Of a stretch of 64,000 nucleotides of DNA, positions 53,216 through 64,000 are shown piece after piece. Source of the stretch: Cyanidioschyzon merolae (Eukaryota); NCBI GenBank assembly GCA_000091205.1, contig AP006495.2. The stretch is one strand, 5' to 3'. The first letter of the stretch is position 1, and every line of letters begins with the position of its first letter. A program made the position numbers and the translations under genes. A model generated the notes under the pieces. It made no database searches. It saw only the letters and a list, made by a program, of their open reading frames with translations, and was not told the DNA's origin.

Positions 53216-55039
53216 TCAGGAGCTCTCGTCGGAGCGCGGTGCGGTCGAAGAGCTCCACGACTGCTGCCGTTGTTGCTGTTGCTGGGTGTCCTGGTTCGCT
53301 GTGAATGGGCACCCGGGGGCGCGTGTGCCACGCCCCTGTCCAAGCGCGTCTAGAACATCGTTACCAACGGCAAGAACTCCCTCCAGGATGCGCAGCAGGG
53401 GCTGTGCCACATAACTAGCACCAACACGCAACCGATGCGCATCTGTTGGCATTCGAGCAATATACGCCAAGCGTCGCAGCTGATGGGCAAGCGGTCCACT
53501 GAGGTTCAAAAGACCCAGCAGTTGGACGCTGCCGTCGTCGCGGCCGAGTGTGATCATTTCGCCCAGATGCACATATTGGAAGGGCAGCGGTTCCCGACCC
53601 GTTAGGCTTGCCCAGGTATTCCACGCAGCAAAATCTGCCTCTTGAAGCGCAATCTGTGCCGTCATTCCGCGTGGTTGCTCCCTCGTTACCACGGGAACAG
53701 CTGCAACTGGCTCTCGGATCTGGGCGGCATCACCGAGCACAATGACCTCGGGATAGTTCGGTAAGCGTAGGAATCGATCCGTAAGTAGCTGGCCTCGTTC
53801 ATTGCGCTCTACTTGCCGGCTAGCAATGAGCCCTTCGCGGATCACCTTATTGATTCGGTTTCCTGCTGTCCAGAGCACCAGGTCTATTTGTTCGAGTGTG
53901 GTTTCAGATGCTGGAGGAGCACGGTCGCCGCTTTTTTCGGCATAAGAAAGGCGTAACGAATTCGGACCTACTGAGACCACGCTTGTTTCAGGTACGAAGC
54001 TTATATTTCGCAGACGCAGCGCACGCGTCGCCTGGGATCGATTATACGCTGTCGACGCTGCCATCAACTCTCTCCCTCGGTCAACGATTTGAATCTGGGC
54101 GCGCGGACCGAGTCGATCACTCAAGTTGCATGCCAGTTCTACGCCGCTGTAGCCTCCACCGACGATTACGATGCGAATCGTTGGCTGCGAAGACGACTCT
54201 AATAGTCGGACCCGCTCGCGAATGCGAATGGCATCCTCGACACTGCGAAAGCCCAGCGCATGCTCGCGAGCTCCAGGAACCATATCCCGCGTATCTTCGC
54301 TGCCAAGAGCGATCACGAGGCGATCATAGGAAATGATCTCATCGGATTCCTTCGACTCAGAAGCGTTGCTGGGCATCATCGGTCGCACAGTTACTCGCCG
54401 CTTGTCGAGATCGATATGCTGCACTTGCGCCTGCAGAAAGTCGACATCGGTGTCTTCTAAAAGCTCCGCAAACGGTGGCGCCACTTCCCAAATGCCCATT
54501 TCTCCGGTTACCAGCTCATAAAGCAGAGGCAGGAAAACGAACCGCTCTCGGGTATCGATCAGTGTCAGCTCCGGTCGGGTGCGTTGTCCCGCAACAAGTC
54601 GCTGGCTTGCGCTCTGCTTTGAAGTATCGGAAGCGCGCCTGCGCTCAGAATTGTCTACAGAAAAAGTGGACTCGCGCTGGGGCGTCCGCGCAGCTGCCTC
54701 ATAGCGACGGAGGTCACGTCCCCACGGCAGCTGGCAAAGTCGCAAGGCCGTGTAGAGGCCTCCAAAACCGCCACCTAGAACGCAAACTTTCGGCCTCAAC
54801 GATGCCATGGATTTGCTCTTTGGTTGATCTTCTTGTGAACTCGACATACAAAAGGTACGTGTGCTCAACAGCGAGCGTGCACGTCTGCCCTGGCTGGTAG
54901 CTCGACGCCCCCGCTCCACTCGCTGTGCACCAGAGAAAAGGTGCGGCCAAGCAGTCGGCGAAAAGACCGACTGGCGATGGGACTGTTGCGTACGACAGCA
55001 GTTGCGTCCAGCGAATACTGCTGAAAAAGAAAGAAACAT
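53216..55039 (-). CDS. NDC1: Type II NAD(P)H dehydrogenase, NDC1-like (NDH-2 family), with N-terminal presequence
   Basis: Motifs of the NDC1-type alternative NAD(P)H:quinone oxidoreductase are present: 'KVCVLGGGFGGLYTALRL', 'LIDTRERFVFLPLLYELVTGEM', second dinucleotide fold 'IRIVIVGGGYSGVELA', 'VIVLGDAAQI'. The ORF extends upstream to 55198, but that part lies in a tandem repeat. I chose Met 'MFLSFSAVFAGRNCC', giving a hydrophobic start followed by an R/S/T-rich presequence. Confidence 0.8.
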   Translation of the reverse strand: MFLSFSAVFAGRNCCRTQQSHRQSVFSPTAWPHLFSGAQRVERGRRATSQGRRARSLLSTRTFCMSSSQEDQPKSKSMASLRPKVCVLGGGFGGLYTALRLCQLPWGRDLRRYEAAARTPQRESTFSVDNSERRRASDTSKQSASQRLVAGQRTRPELTLIDTRERFVFLPLLYELVTGEMGIWEVAPPFAELLEDTDVDFLQAQVQHIDLDKRRVTVRPMMPSNASESKESDEIISYDRLVIALGSEDTRDMVPGAREHALGFRSVEDAIRIRERVRLLESSSQPTIRIVIVGGGYSGVELACNLSDRLGPRAQIQIVDRGRELMAASTAYNRSQATRALRLRNISFVPETSVVSVGPNSLRLSYAEKSGDRAPPASETTLEQIDLVLWTAGNRINKVIREGLIASRQVERNERGQLLTDRFLRLPNYPEVIVLGDAAQIREPVAAVPVVTREQPRGMTAQIALQEADFAAWNTWASLTGREPLPFQYVHLGEMITLGRDDGSVQLLGLLNLSGPLAHQLRRLAYIARMPTDAHRLRVGASYVAQPLLRILEGVLAVGNDVLDALGQGRGTRAPGCPFTANQDTQQQQQRQQSWSSSTAPRSDESS

Positions 55040-55147
55040 TTCGCACACAGGTAAGCTACGCGTGGTATACGGGATCGTAGGGTCAATGGTACTTTGACAG
55101 AACGCGCTGCGTGAACGAGTACGCAATTGCCCGATGAGCGTCCAGCG

Positions 55148-55270
55148 CACGCACGCATATCCATAGACGCACGCACGCATATCCATAGACGCACGCACAA
55201 ATATTCATACGTATGCACGCACGCATATTCATATGTATGCACGCACGCATATTCATACGTATGCACGCAC
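55148..55270. repeat. Tandem repeat ~22-24 bp x5 ('gcacgcacgcatat[c/t]cata[g/c][a/g]t...')
   Basis: 'gcacgcacgcatatccatagacgcacgcacgcatatccatagacgcacgcacaaatattcatacgtatgcacgcacgcatattcatatgtatgcacgcacgcatattcatacgtatgcacgcac'. Confidence 0.9.
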
Positions 55271-56224
55271 AGTTTTTTGTTTAACAGCGTGTTTGCATAG
55301 TTCAGCAATCCGCGATGCTACAGTGGATACCGACATTCGGGAGAGCGTTGGTCGTTTTGCCTACATCCAAGGTCCATTATCCATTCGCAAGCATCAACAT
55401 AGCGTGCCCCAGCGCACAACATCATCGCCCCATTGCAGTGCACGGCGCGCTGGGCGCTGTCGAAGCTCGGCGCTTCCAGCCCATAGTCTTCGGTGCTGCA
55501 GCAGGGGAACGTGCCCTCGCGCTTCGCAGGTCCAGTGAACGATAACCATTGTAGGGCGACTGGCGGTTGATATTTTTGTGCGTCGCATCTCGCCGTGGCT
55601 GCGTGTCTGCGGGCATGAGCGAAAACATTTCGGGTAGCTTGGAAGAACGCTCTTGGATCCGCGATCGTTACTCGGCGATGAAGATTGCCTGAATGATAAA
55701 CGATTTCCCAATTGCTGATATCGAGCAAGCAGTCAGGGGTCAACGGTCAGTACAATGGTTCCGTCCAACAGATTAGTGACGTCGAACGCAGTATTCACCG
55801 GCACCGTTCCAGAGCTGGAGACAGAGTGCAGCGCACTGGAAAAGGGCCGGAGGGAGCAGACGGCTCGCGTTTTGGATGAGCGCCTCCCTCATCGATATGC
55901 CAAATCTACTCGGAGATGGTTAGAGAGCGAAGCCATCGGTTTGCTTTTCCTTTCAGAATGGAAAGCGTTCTGACACATGGTTCCTGATACCGGTCATGCG
56001 CCTGCACCTCTTCCATGTGTTTATGTTGCCGCCCAGCGCATATACCAAGGATGCGAAACATCCCTTGAAACCGGAAGCGGCGAGCGCCCCGGCAGAACAG
56101 GGCGCGCATCCCTCCTTCGGATACCGGTGTGTACCGATGTTGTCAGCGGCTGGCACCAAGCGCATAACGAACTCGTCATGCGTTACCCACACAACGAACC
56201 ATAAAATTTTGTTTATCGTCCTCT

Positions 56225-56611
56225 CTATCTGTACCGTTTCTGTTTAAGGTTCAACAGCTCGGTCGGTACGCGCGGTCGCGGCCTGTCTCTGAACACCGTC
56301 TTTTCGCGAATAATCGCTACACATTCCCACTGGGTGGTTCCGTGCTCTGCAACTGGCTTTCCTTTCCGCAACACAAGGAACGGTTGTTTCAAGGTCACGA
56401 TATTGCCAGCGAGCTCATACTGTGACAAAGTGAGTACGCGTTGTCGTTCTCCAGCGTTGGACTGCACCGTTCCGAAACAGCGTGTTTCATCGCCAGGTGT
56501 CTCGTCGGCGCTTTGCTTTACGGGGGCGTCAAACGTGAGCGAACCCTGCAGCTCCATCAGCGTCCACTCTGGCAAGTTCTCCGACTTGAACACTATTGGC
56601 AAGCGCATCAA
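56225..56611 (-). CDS. CTF8: Ctf8-like protein (chromosome transmission fidelity 8, Ctf18-RFC subunit)
   Basis: 128-aa ORF 'MMRLPIVFKSENLPEWTLMELQGSLTFD...LAGNIVTLKQPFLVLRKGKP'. I recall human CHTF8 beginning '...GLAEWVLMELQGEIE...'. Size (~120 aa) and motif position fit. Confidence 0.55.
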   Translation of the reverse strand: MMRLPIVFKSENLPEWTLMELQGSLTFDAPVKQSADETPGDETRCFGTVQSNAGERQRVLTLSQYELAGNIVTLKQPFLVLRKGKPVAEHGTTQWECVAIIREKTVFRDRPRPRVPTELLNLKQKRYR

Positions 56612-59372
56612 GATGAAAAGAAGCTGGATGTTTGCAACGTGCTAGGACGTAGAAACTGTGTGCGGCGCAACGGTAGCGCAAAGTTTGCGGAAACGAACGT
56701 GCACGCTATTTCGCGCCATGCTGCACCGTTTCCGGCGCTGCGCAGAAGCTGCGTTTCTGCGCAGTGTTTGCGTACGACCCGTTCATGGGGAGCACGACCT
56801 ATGCAGCACCTTGGCGCTTCACAGGGAGCTCGTCTTATGATGCTATACGTTTTGGTGATGCTTCTGAGTCAAGTTATGCATTCGAAATTGTCATAATGAG
56901 CCGCGTATGCGACAAGTGGATCGAGATATCGGCGTGGCGGGGTCTCCCAGAGAGGGCATTCGGGTGACTCCGCGGCCGCATGCGCGCCCGGAAAAGAAGC
57001 TGCTGGAAAACGCGCTTGATGATGAGAAACTCGGCTCTATATCAAAACTGCTACAGCTCTTCCTATCTCGTATCTTTGCCGTGCGCTGCTGCGTGCAGGT
57101 GAGTCTGCTCTGGGTCAGCAAAGCCAGTACGGAAACCTAGTCTAGAGAAACCGCATGACAATCTTGAACTAGGCTGAGAGCTGCGCTAGCTTTCGATAGG
57201 CTCAACGTCACTGGCGCTTTGCTGCTACAGTTTGCGCGAGATTCGGGCAAGGAACCAATACACCGTCGTATCGAAGCCATTTGAAGGATAATGTCATTAT
57301 GGTGCGATGCTCCCAGGTTCACGTTTGCGACATGGGGGGCTCCCGCTCCATTCTAAGCAGCTATAACGAGACTACGGGGGATGATTTACCATCAGTTCAC
57401 AATGACTGCTGCATCACCAGCAGTGGTTAATGAGAACGCCGCCCCGTTATGGTGTGGCAGTGCCTGAACCGTATACGGGAGCAAAGTCCTGCGCTCGTTC
57501 GCAACGTACAGACTGTACGCTTACGCATGCAGAACGCAGAGGATTCTGAGTAGCGAGGGTGATCTCCTTCAAGAACGTCGACAGCGATAGCACCTCCGTA
57601 CACCTGTGGAAGACCAAAAAACTGCGGATCGACTAACTCCGGCGTACAGCAGAGAGATTGAGTCCAGTCAAATCGCCATTAAAACCAGCCATTGTGGGAT
57701 GGTTCGGCAATCGCTTCCTTGTCGTTTCACCTGCCTCCCGCGTGAAATACGCTGGTCGCACCGTTCACTCCGGATGATTTTTCAGTGGGCGAAGGATATT
57801 GATGGCAGCATACAGGGTGCGATTTCGCTGCTTGCGACATATGTCAACGCTCTGCACACACGCACAGTCGCAAGAATCTTTGCGTTTCCTGCCATTCTCG
57901 TATTGTTCATATGCAGCACCAGTGCTAGCTTTCCAGCTTCGATATTTAGCTGTGGGCAGCTGTTCATATACACCCACCAAGCCTCATTCTCCGAGGGCCG
58001 ATCTGTTTCGCATGAACGTCTGCTTCATCGCTTGCGAAATTCCGTGGACGCGTACAGAAGGCTTGTGTTGATGCTGCTATCCTCCGTTTGCGTGCGCGGT
58101 GCGGTACTGTGCGCCCACGGACTTCCCTCTGAGCGATCCCTCGGCAAGTACGCTGCCCGCTTCACACGCACGCGTATGCTGTTGCACTCGATTGGGCATC
58201 TGGGAAGCACGATGTTTTTCATTATGAAGCAAGTACCGGACGGGAAATCCAGACCGGAGAGCAGCTCGACAAAATCTCGATTCGTCTACGCTCCCTACGT
58301 GCTAAGCGGTGACGCATTCCCCGAGTGACGCGATCATTAGGATCATTGATTTTCGAATCCAAGGCCCTTTTCCACGGAAACGAATCGGACGAGAGCTCCT
58401 GCGAGCATATCCCATGAGCGGTATCGTGCTGTTGCCGACTACTGTTCCATTGATGGCCTGAAAGAGACAAGGATTTGTCATTTACATCGGGTCGTTTAGT
58501 ATTCGACGTGAAAATTTCATTGAATAGTTGGCATGAGCTTGCGAGCAAGTCGTCAACAATCGAATTAGGGTATTTCCCTCGTCAATCCAGCGACACGTTT
58601 TGTCGCGCCCACGAGTTGCCTTGGAACAGAAAGATCCGAATGTTGAGACATGCGTGATTTCATCATGCACCCCGAAAGAAGAGGAGATTCGTGGAGGCTT
58701 GCACGCATGCATTGGATGTTGGTGCAAATCATCGCACCAAAACCGTGTTCGACGACTTTCCGAACCACTTTTATTCTGGGGCCATGGCAAACTCCAGCTG
58801 CAGGGAGACTCGAAGAAACGTCAGCGAGTAGTCCAACGAAGATCCTAAAACAAGATATGAATCGAGAACCTTTTTTGATTAACGTCGAATCTAAAGACTG
58901 GGCATGTCAGATATGCCCGGACAAAATCCTCAGGCAAAAACATATCGCCGAGCTTTGTGATCCGCTTGAATCCGAATCGGATGCAGGATCCACATGCACT
59001 GGATCCATCAGATCGCATCGGAGGCGCGTCGCTTTGCCAAATCTGGAGCTAAAGTCACGGTAGTATAGGACCGAACTGTATATAGCTGTACTATATGATT
59101 CATAATGGGTAAATCCTGGAAGTCTGCGAGAAACGTTTGCTCGTGGCGTTGCCGGCAACGCGTCCCAGATACCGTCCCAGAGCGGTGTCCGCGGTACGCT
59201 ACAAGTGCTGTTTGAATCGTGAGTTCTGCGTCAAGTCGTTTGGCAGCAGTGGCTTTTAAAAGGAGATAATCGTACTGCATGTTTCGAACCGATAAGCGCG
59301 ACGTTGACTAGTCGGAGGCACGAAGCGAAACACTATTGGTTCTGAGCATCCTGTTTCCGAGTCTCATCGTCA

Positions 59373-61733
59373 ATGAAGGTTCCAAACGGCTCGGACGGTA
59401 CACCCTCCGTGGAAAGCACGGAAAAGGTTTCCCTTACCGACGATGAAATCGTGCCGAACGAGCGCTCAAGGCCTACGAGCTCCCTGGATCTCAGCGCGAA
59501 CGGCCAGCCTCGCTACTCCATCCAGAAGTTGCGAGAGCCACCAAACGTTTTCCATACGCTTGGCGCGTCTCTACTCGGAAGCACCGGGCGACAACTTGAA
59601 AACGGTAGTGATAGAGGAGACCACATTCCAAGCCGCCAACGTTTTCAACAACGAGACCAAGGCCGCCTTGGGGCGTGTCCTATGCAGCCTCGGTTCGACT
59701 GGAAACGTCTCGGTCGCTCGCTCGCTACTATCGGACGCCAATTACCACATGTGTGCTCCAAGTTAATCACAGACTTTGGTACGTGGCTGCTCGACTCATT
59801 TTCGGACCTAGTGCGTCGATCTTCGGCATTTGTACGCCGCTACTGGGTTGCGCTGTTGCTACTGGCGCTTGCAGGCGTCGGGCTCGCTCTACTGGGCAGA
59901 CTCGTTTTTGAACCGCTTTCTTGGAAGGGTTGGTTTACCTTCGCTGTCCTACTCCTGCTGCTTGCTTCACTCATTTGTAGCTGGCTACCAACGGAGGTTT
60001 CGTTTGCGTATGCGGTTGTCACCCTCATGGCCTTTTTCGTGATCTCGCCAGCCGAAGGCCTGATCGGCTTCTCTAACACCGGTGTTGCCGCCGTCGCTGT
60101 CTACTTCATGGTAGCGGAGGGTGTTTACAGAACTTCTGCTCTGCGCACGATCTTTCGAATACTATTGGGACGCCCATCTTCGCTTTTGATGGCACAGGTA
60201 CGCACATGTCTGCCAGCCGCAGTCGTGTCAGCTTTCTTGCACAATACACCTACGATGGTGATGATGATTCCCGGGGTTCAGCGATGGGCGCGTTTTAACG
60301 GCCTCTCTGGAGCGAAAATTCTCATGCCTCTGAACGATGCTGCTGTCCTTGGTGGCTCGACAACCATCATCGGCTCGTCGGTGAACCTCGTAGTGCTTGG
60401 TCTCGTCCAGCAGACGAACGTGCTGGACCCAGCCACGAACCATGTCGTCCAGTTTGGGATCTTTAGCATCACCAAGTTGGCAATCATCAATCTGGCAGCC
60501 TGCCTCGTGTTTATTTTCGTGTTCAGCGGCATGCTGCTCAAGGATCGTGAAAACGTCGTGGAGGACGTAGTTGAGCACCCGCGCGAGTACACAGTCGCTG
60601 TTATGGTTCGCGAAGGATCACCGATTGTTGGTCTAACAATCCAGGAGGCAGGCTTACGCGCCCTCAAGGGTCTCTTCTTGGTAGAGCTGTCACGAAAGAA
60701 CGGTAACTTGATCGCTGCCCCGGGCCCGGATACGGTGATTCAGGCGCAGGACGTTTTGCTCTTCGCTGGTCGCTTGGAAACCGTCGCCGAGCTCTACTTA
60801 ATCGACGGGATCATACCAGCATCGACGCATACTCGCAAACTCTCGGTGCAGATGCACCGGCGCAGACTCTACGAAGTCGTTGTTTCGCCGTTCAGCTCCC
60901 TGGTGGGCCACACCATCCGGGAGACCAACTTTCGGCGCAAGTACCATGCTGCAATCATTGCCGTTCATCGTGGCGGCGCCATTGTGCGGGAGAAAATCGG
61001 TGATATTCAGATTCTCGGTGGAGAGACCTTCATCGTTGAAGCGAGCGAAGATTTCGGTGAACGCTACGCTCGAGACTCCGACTTCAGCCTCGTAAGTGAG
61101 GTGAGTGGCACTGAGCGGCCCCGGGAGGATCTCCCTCATATGCTCGCAGCGGGTCTCTTTGTCGTGCTGATGATCGCTTTTGCAACCACGGGATTCATGT
61201 CGATTTTCGTGAGTGCGAGTCTCGCCACCATAGGGATGCTCATTACGGGGTGTATGACTTTTCGGCAAGCGGGCGCCTCCGTGCAATTGCCGATTCTGCT
61301 CACCATAGGTGCGGCCTTTGGTATCAGTGAAGCGATGCAGGTTTCGGGGGTAGCCGCCCAGCTTTCGCTGCTTATTGTGAAGATCCTGCGCCCGTTGGGG
61401 TCGATTGGAATCCTCTTTGGCATCTACGTCATCACTGCATTGCTGACGAATGCCATTACGAGCATTGGAGCAGTGACGTTGACGTTTGCGATCGTGGCAA
61501 GTAAGGGCACAGGGATTATCTACCTGACGCAGGTGAACGTGTATGCGGCGCTCTATACGATGATGGTCGCAGGAAACTGCTCCTTCATGTTGCACACTGG
61601 CCACCAAACGAATCTCATGGTGCACGGCGCCGCGAATTACCGCGTCTCCGACTGGTTGAAACTCGGCGTGCCTCTTCAGCTCGTGAGCTGTATTGTGACG
61701 GTGGTGGCTGCCAACTTTCTGTACCGGTCCTAG
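59373..61733 (+). CDS. SLC13/DASS-superfamily anion transporter with two central TrkA-C (RCK_C) domains (SAC1/SLT-like Na+/sulfate transporter architecture)
   Basis: 786 aa. Multi-TM halves ('WVALLLLALAGVGLALLG', 'AVVSAFLHNTPTMVMMIPGV', 'LAAGLFVVLMIAFATTGFMSIF', 'GSIGILFGIYVITALLTNAITSIGAVTLTFAI') flank two TrkA-C-like modules ('YTVAVMVREGSPIVGLTIQEAGLRALKGLFLVELSRKNGNLIAAPGPDTVIQAQDVLLFAGRLETVAEL' and 'LYEVVVSPFSSLVGHTIRETNFRRKYHAAIIAVHRGGAIVREKIGDIQILGGETFIVEAS'). The N-terminal ~140 aa are hydrophilic. Confidence 0.8.
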   Translation: MKVPNGSDGTPSVESTEKVSLTDDEIVPNERSRPTSSLDLSANGQPRYSIQKLREPPNVFHTLGASLLGSTGRQLENGSDRGDHIPSRQRFQQRDQGRLGACPMQPRFDWKRLGRSLATIGRQLPHVCSKLITDFGTWLLDSFSDLVRRSSAFVRRYWVALLLLALAGVGLALLGRLVFEPLSWKGWFTFAVLLLLLASLICSWLPTEVSFAYAVVTLMAFFVISPAEGLIGFSNTGVAAVAVYFMVAEGVYRTSALRTIFRILLGRPSSLLMAQVRTCLPAAVVSAFLHNTPTMVMMIPGVQRWARFNGLSGAKILMPLNDAAVLGGSTTIIGSSVNLVVLGLVQQTNVLDPATNHVVQFGIFSITKLAIINLAACLVFIFVFSGMLLKDRENVVEDVVEHPREYTVAVMVREGSPIVGLTIQEAGLRALKGLFLVELSRKNGNLIAAPGPDTVIQAQDVLLFAGRLETVAELYLIDGIIPASTHTRKLSVQMHRRRLYEVVVSPFSSLVGHTIRETNFRRKYHAAIIAVHRGGAIVREKIGDIQILGGETFIVEASEDFGERYARDSDFSLVSEVSGTERPREDLPHMLAAGLFVVLMIAFATTGFMSIFVSASLATIGMLITGCMTFRQAGASVQLPILLTIGAAFGISEAMQVSGVAAQLSLLIVKILRPLGSIGILFGIYVITALLTNAITSIGAVTLTFAIVASKGTGIIYLTQVNVYAALYTMMVAGNCSFMLHTGHQTNLMVHGAANYRVSDWLKLGVPLQLVSCIVTVVAANFLYRS

Positions 61734-62099
61734 CACATGTCGCGGATGTGTTTTCGACGCAAAACAGTGGATGGTGATCTGCACTGGAAAACGCTTTGGC
61801 GATGACGTCGCTCATATTCGACCTAGAGTCATGATCTGATCGGGTTTGTCCAAGTACCTGCGTGGCCCGCACCTGATGTGTAGGATTCCGAGTCCGGAAC
61901 GATGTCGAGTGCATCGAAAGAGAAAAAGATGCGTTTCGGTGCCGTTTTCTTGTGATTCGACAGCGTTGGCGCTCAAGTGACGGCTGTCGTGGATGTGCAA
62001 GCTGTTCCGCTCTCCTGCAGGCGGTGTCAACTCCAGGTATCTGCTTCTAGTCTATCAAGTCAGTTTTGTCTCGCCCTCGCTGCGGATGATAGCATGAGA

Positions 62100-63500
62100 A
62101 CGAATTCACGATGTAATGTGTTTTATAGACCGTCCATCATTTGCCCAGAGGATATAGATTCCTCACTTAACGGTACAAGGAGGAATGCATTCGTCCTTTA
62201 GTTCAGTCATACCACGGTACTCTGATGGTTGAGGAGCACTGAACGGAAGACGTAGATGTGCTCTGCGTCAAAAAATGGTATTATCGAAGCTTGCCTGCGG
62301 CCAATGATGGAAAATGACTGGCGAATCCCTACCGGCAAGCGAAAGCGACGATGGTAGCCGCCATAGGCGTCCTTGTTTCTCAACAGCTTGTTCTTTTGGT
62401 CCTGAAAGCACGGGCATCCAGTTGCAAAAAAGAGTCCTATTTCAATCACGGCCATCTTCCACGGAAATAGCGGTGACAGCGTTCCTGTAACGTTGCGATC
62501 CGGATGAAACACAGGGACGTAGGTTTTTGTTTCCAGTCGATGAGAATTTCTTCGGGTGCAACGGTCGGAGTGCGTACGGGTATTCGCGGTGAAGCGAGCC
62601 CGTTGTATGTGAGATCGAACGTGAAGAGATCGACGACACCATCTGTTCTCGACGTGGTAAATTCATTTGACGGCCTCAGTTTGGCTCGTAGAGAAGGCTC
62701 ATCGAATAGCAACAACCACTTTGTCGAATCATTGAAGACTTTTGTCTGACGTCTGACGACGTCTTTCTTTTGGACAAAGTGGTATTCCACCATTCTCCTT
62801 GTGTTCGAGCTTTTGCGAATTCTATGTGGATAGAGCTGCTTTTCATACTTCTGTACGCTCCATGGTTGAATTCCGTTTTAGGATTCATTTCTATTGTGAA
62901 ATATAATGATCGCTCCACTGGGCGGATCGCTGATGCTCTCAGCACACGGTGACACACTGGAAGCATATTTCGCCTTTCTTGCGCAAGTGCTTCTCCCTCC
63001 GGGCAGGTTTCCACGCAAGGGCGTAAAGAAGTAGGTTCATTTTAAAAAAATAATGGATGAATTCGAATGCGCATTTCACAGGGTCGAGACTGAGAGAGCG
63101 AGAAGACAGCAGAGCGCACCGGCGATAGAAACGCACGGAGAGATGACAGAGCACCAAATGATGTCGAGGGCGCGAGTTCGGGCAATTCTTACATTGATGA
63201 GTTCCACCAGCGGGAATAAATGCATAGAGTTCGCGAACCCAGACTTCAATGCCGCCATCAACATCAGACAATATCTGGTGTTGAAGACGAGACCCAGGGA
63301 GCTGACGCGATGTAGCTCTGTGGGGCAGCCTCTCAGGGTCGTACTGCGTCCGAATGAAAAAAGAAATCGATATCAGGAGCTCCGTCAAAATAGACCCGAA
63401 CGCGTCTGCGGGAGAGTATTAATTTACCCCAGAAAGAACAGAAACTATGTCGCTCAACAGAACAAGCGCGCGTCGAGTGGAACAGCGTTATCGCAACGCG
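62100..63500 (+). mobile_element. TnpB/Fanzor-like repeat family, copy D (~1.4 kb, 5'-truncated, degenerate)
   Basis: Collinear DNA homology with copy C. Its coding-strand ORF ends 'LMSSTSGNKCIEFANPDFNAAINIRQYLVLKTRPRELTRCSSVGQPLRVVL' (RuvC-III-like). Upstream, 'PCVRAFANSMW' is homologous to copy A 'CSKQRAFANFFNQL'. It lies just downstream of the transporter gene. Confidence 0.5.
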
Positions 63501-64000
63501 GGAGTCGCAACACTACCATTTCCGTGCATTCGCGTGTCGGAGCACCGTTCGAGTCATATATTCTTGTGGTTTCGCTCGCGCTAGGTGTGAGTCATGAGGT
63601 CCTGCAGTCAGTTAGACTGAGGACTTGAGCGCTCCTTCTTGTGCCCTGGTGACCATAGTTATCACGGGGAGTCGCAGAACCAAAAGCACCAGCAGACTCG
63701 GCGAGTTCGAGGTAAGCGTTTCAAGCTCACAACTCCTGTTGCAGTCGGTATGGACGCCCGGTTCGTTACAGACAGCGATCGTTTACAACCTGTGCGGAAG
63801 CGAGTCTATCGAATTCGCCTCTCTGAAGGGGAACAACTCTGTCTCTGTGGAAAGTACAGCGTTACCATTGCTGGCGCTCAAGGTCCCCTGCGGCAGCGTT
63901 TGTTCTTTAACAGTGCAGAGACAGCACTGAGCATTTGGCAGGACCCGGTGCCTGTCGATGCACCTGCCTGGCAAAGTGCACCGGTCTGGCGGGTGCAACA

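Noticed and set aside
57606-58328. 240-aa plus-strand ORF in the Ctf8-transporter intergenic region
   Set aside because: No recognisable motifs. Composition is unremarkable. Could be a lineage-specific gene but not supportable from sequence alone.

Overview
This 64-kb window looks like nuclear DNA from a GC-rich, intron-poor eukaryote. Every gene I can recognise is one uninterrupted ORF, including a single ORF of 17.4 kb, and ORFs lie on both strands with short intergenic spacers (about 3-4 kb per gene). Gene content points to a plastid-bearing, carotenoid-making lineage (alga-like): phytoene synthase, an NDC1-type NDH-2, RUS1/DUF647 and CutA with N-terminal extensions, and a SAC1/SLT-type SLC13 transporter. 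The exact organism cannot be determined from the sequence alone. I can support about 17 protein-coding genes: a type-II membrane protein open to the window edge, CAP/Srv2, PSY, GAPDH, a mitochondrial carrier, a coiled-coil membrane protein, a GGCT-like protein, DPH2, a 2OG-oxygenase, RUS1-like, CutA, a giant VPS13-like lipid-transfer protein, D-amino-acid oxidase, NDC1-like, Ctf8, and an SLT-like transporter. The most notable non-housekeeping content is a dispersed repeat family of four copies whose coding strand carries TnpB/Fanzor-type RuvC motifs ('..RD.NAAINI..'). One copy is near full-length (about 2.2 kb) but is broken by frameshifts and an in-frame stop. The other three are 5'-truncated fragments lying in promoter or intergenic regions. 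There are also many microsatellites (GCTGGT, CACCGT/CACCAT, GAT, GCA, GCACT) and several larger tandem repeats, including perfect 84-bp coding repeats inside the giant gene. The supplied ORF track omits ORFs that run off the window edge, and I found one such ORF of at least 852 aa.
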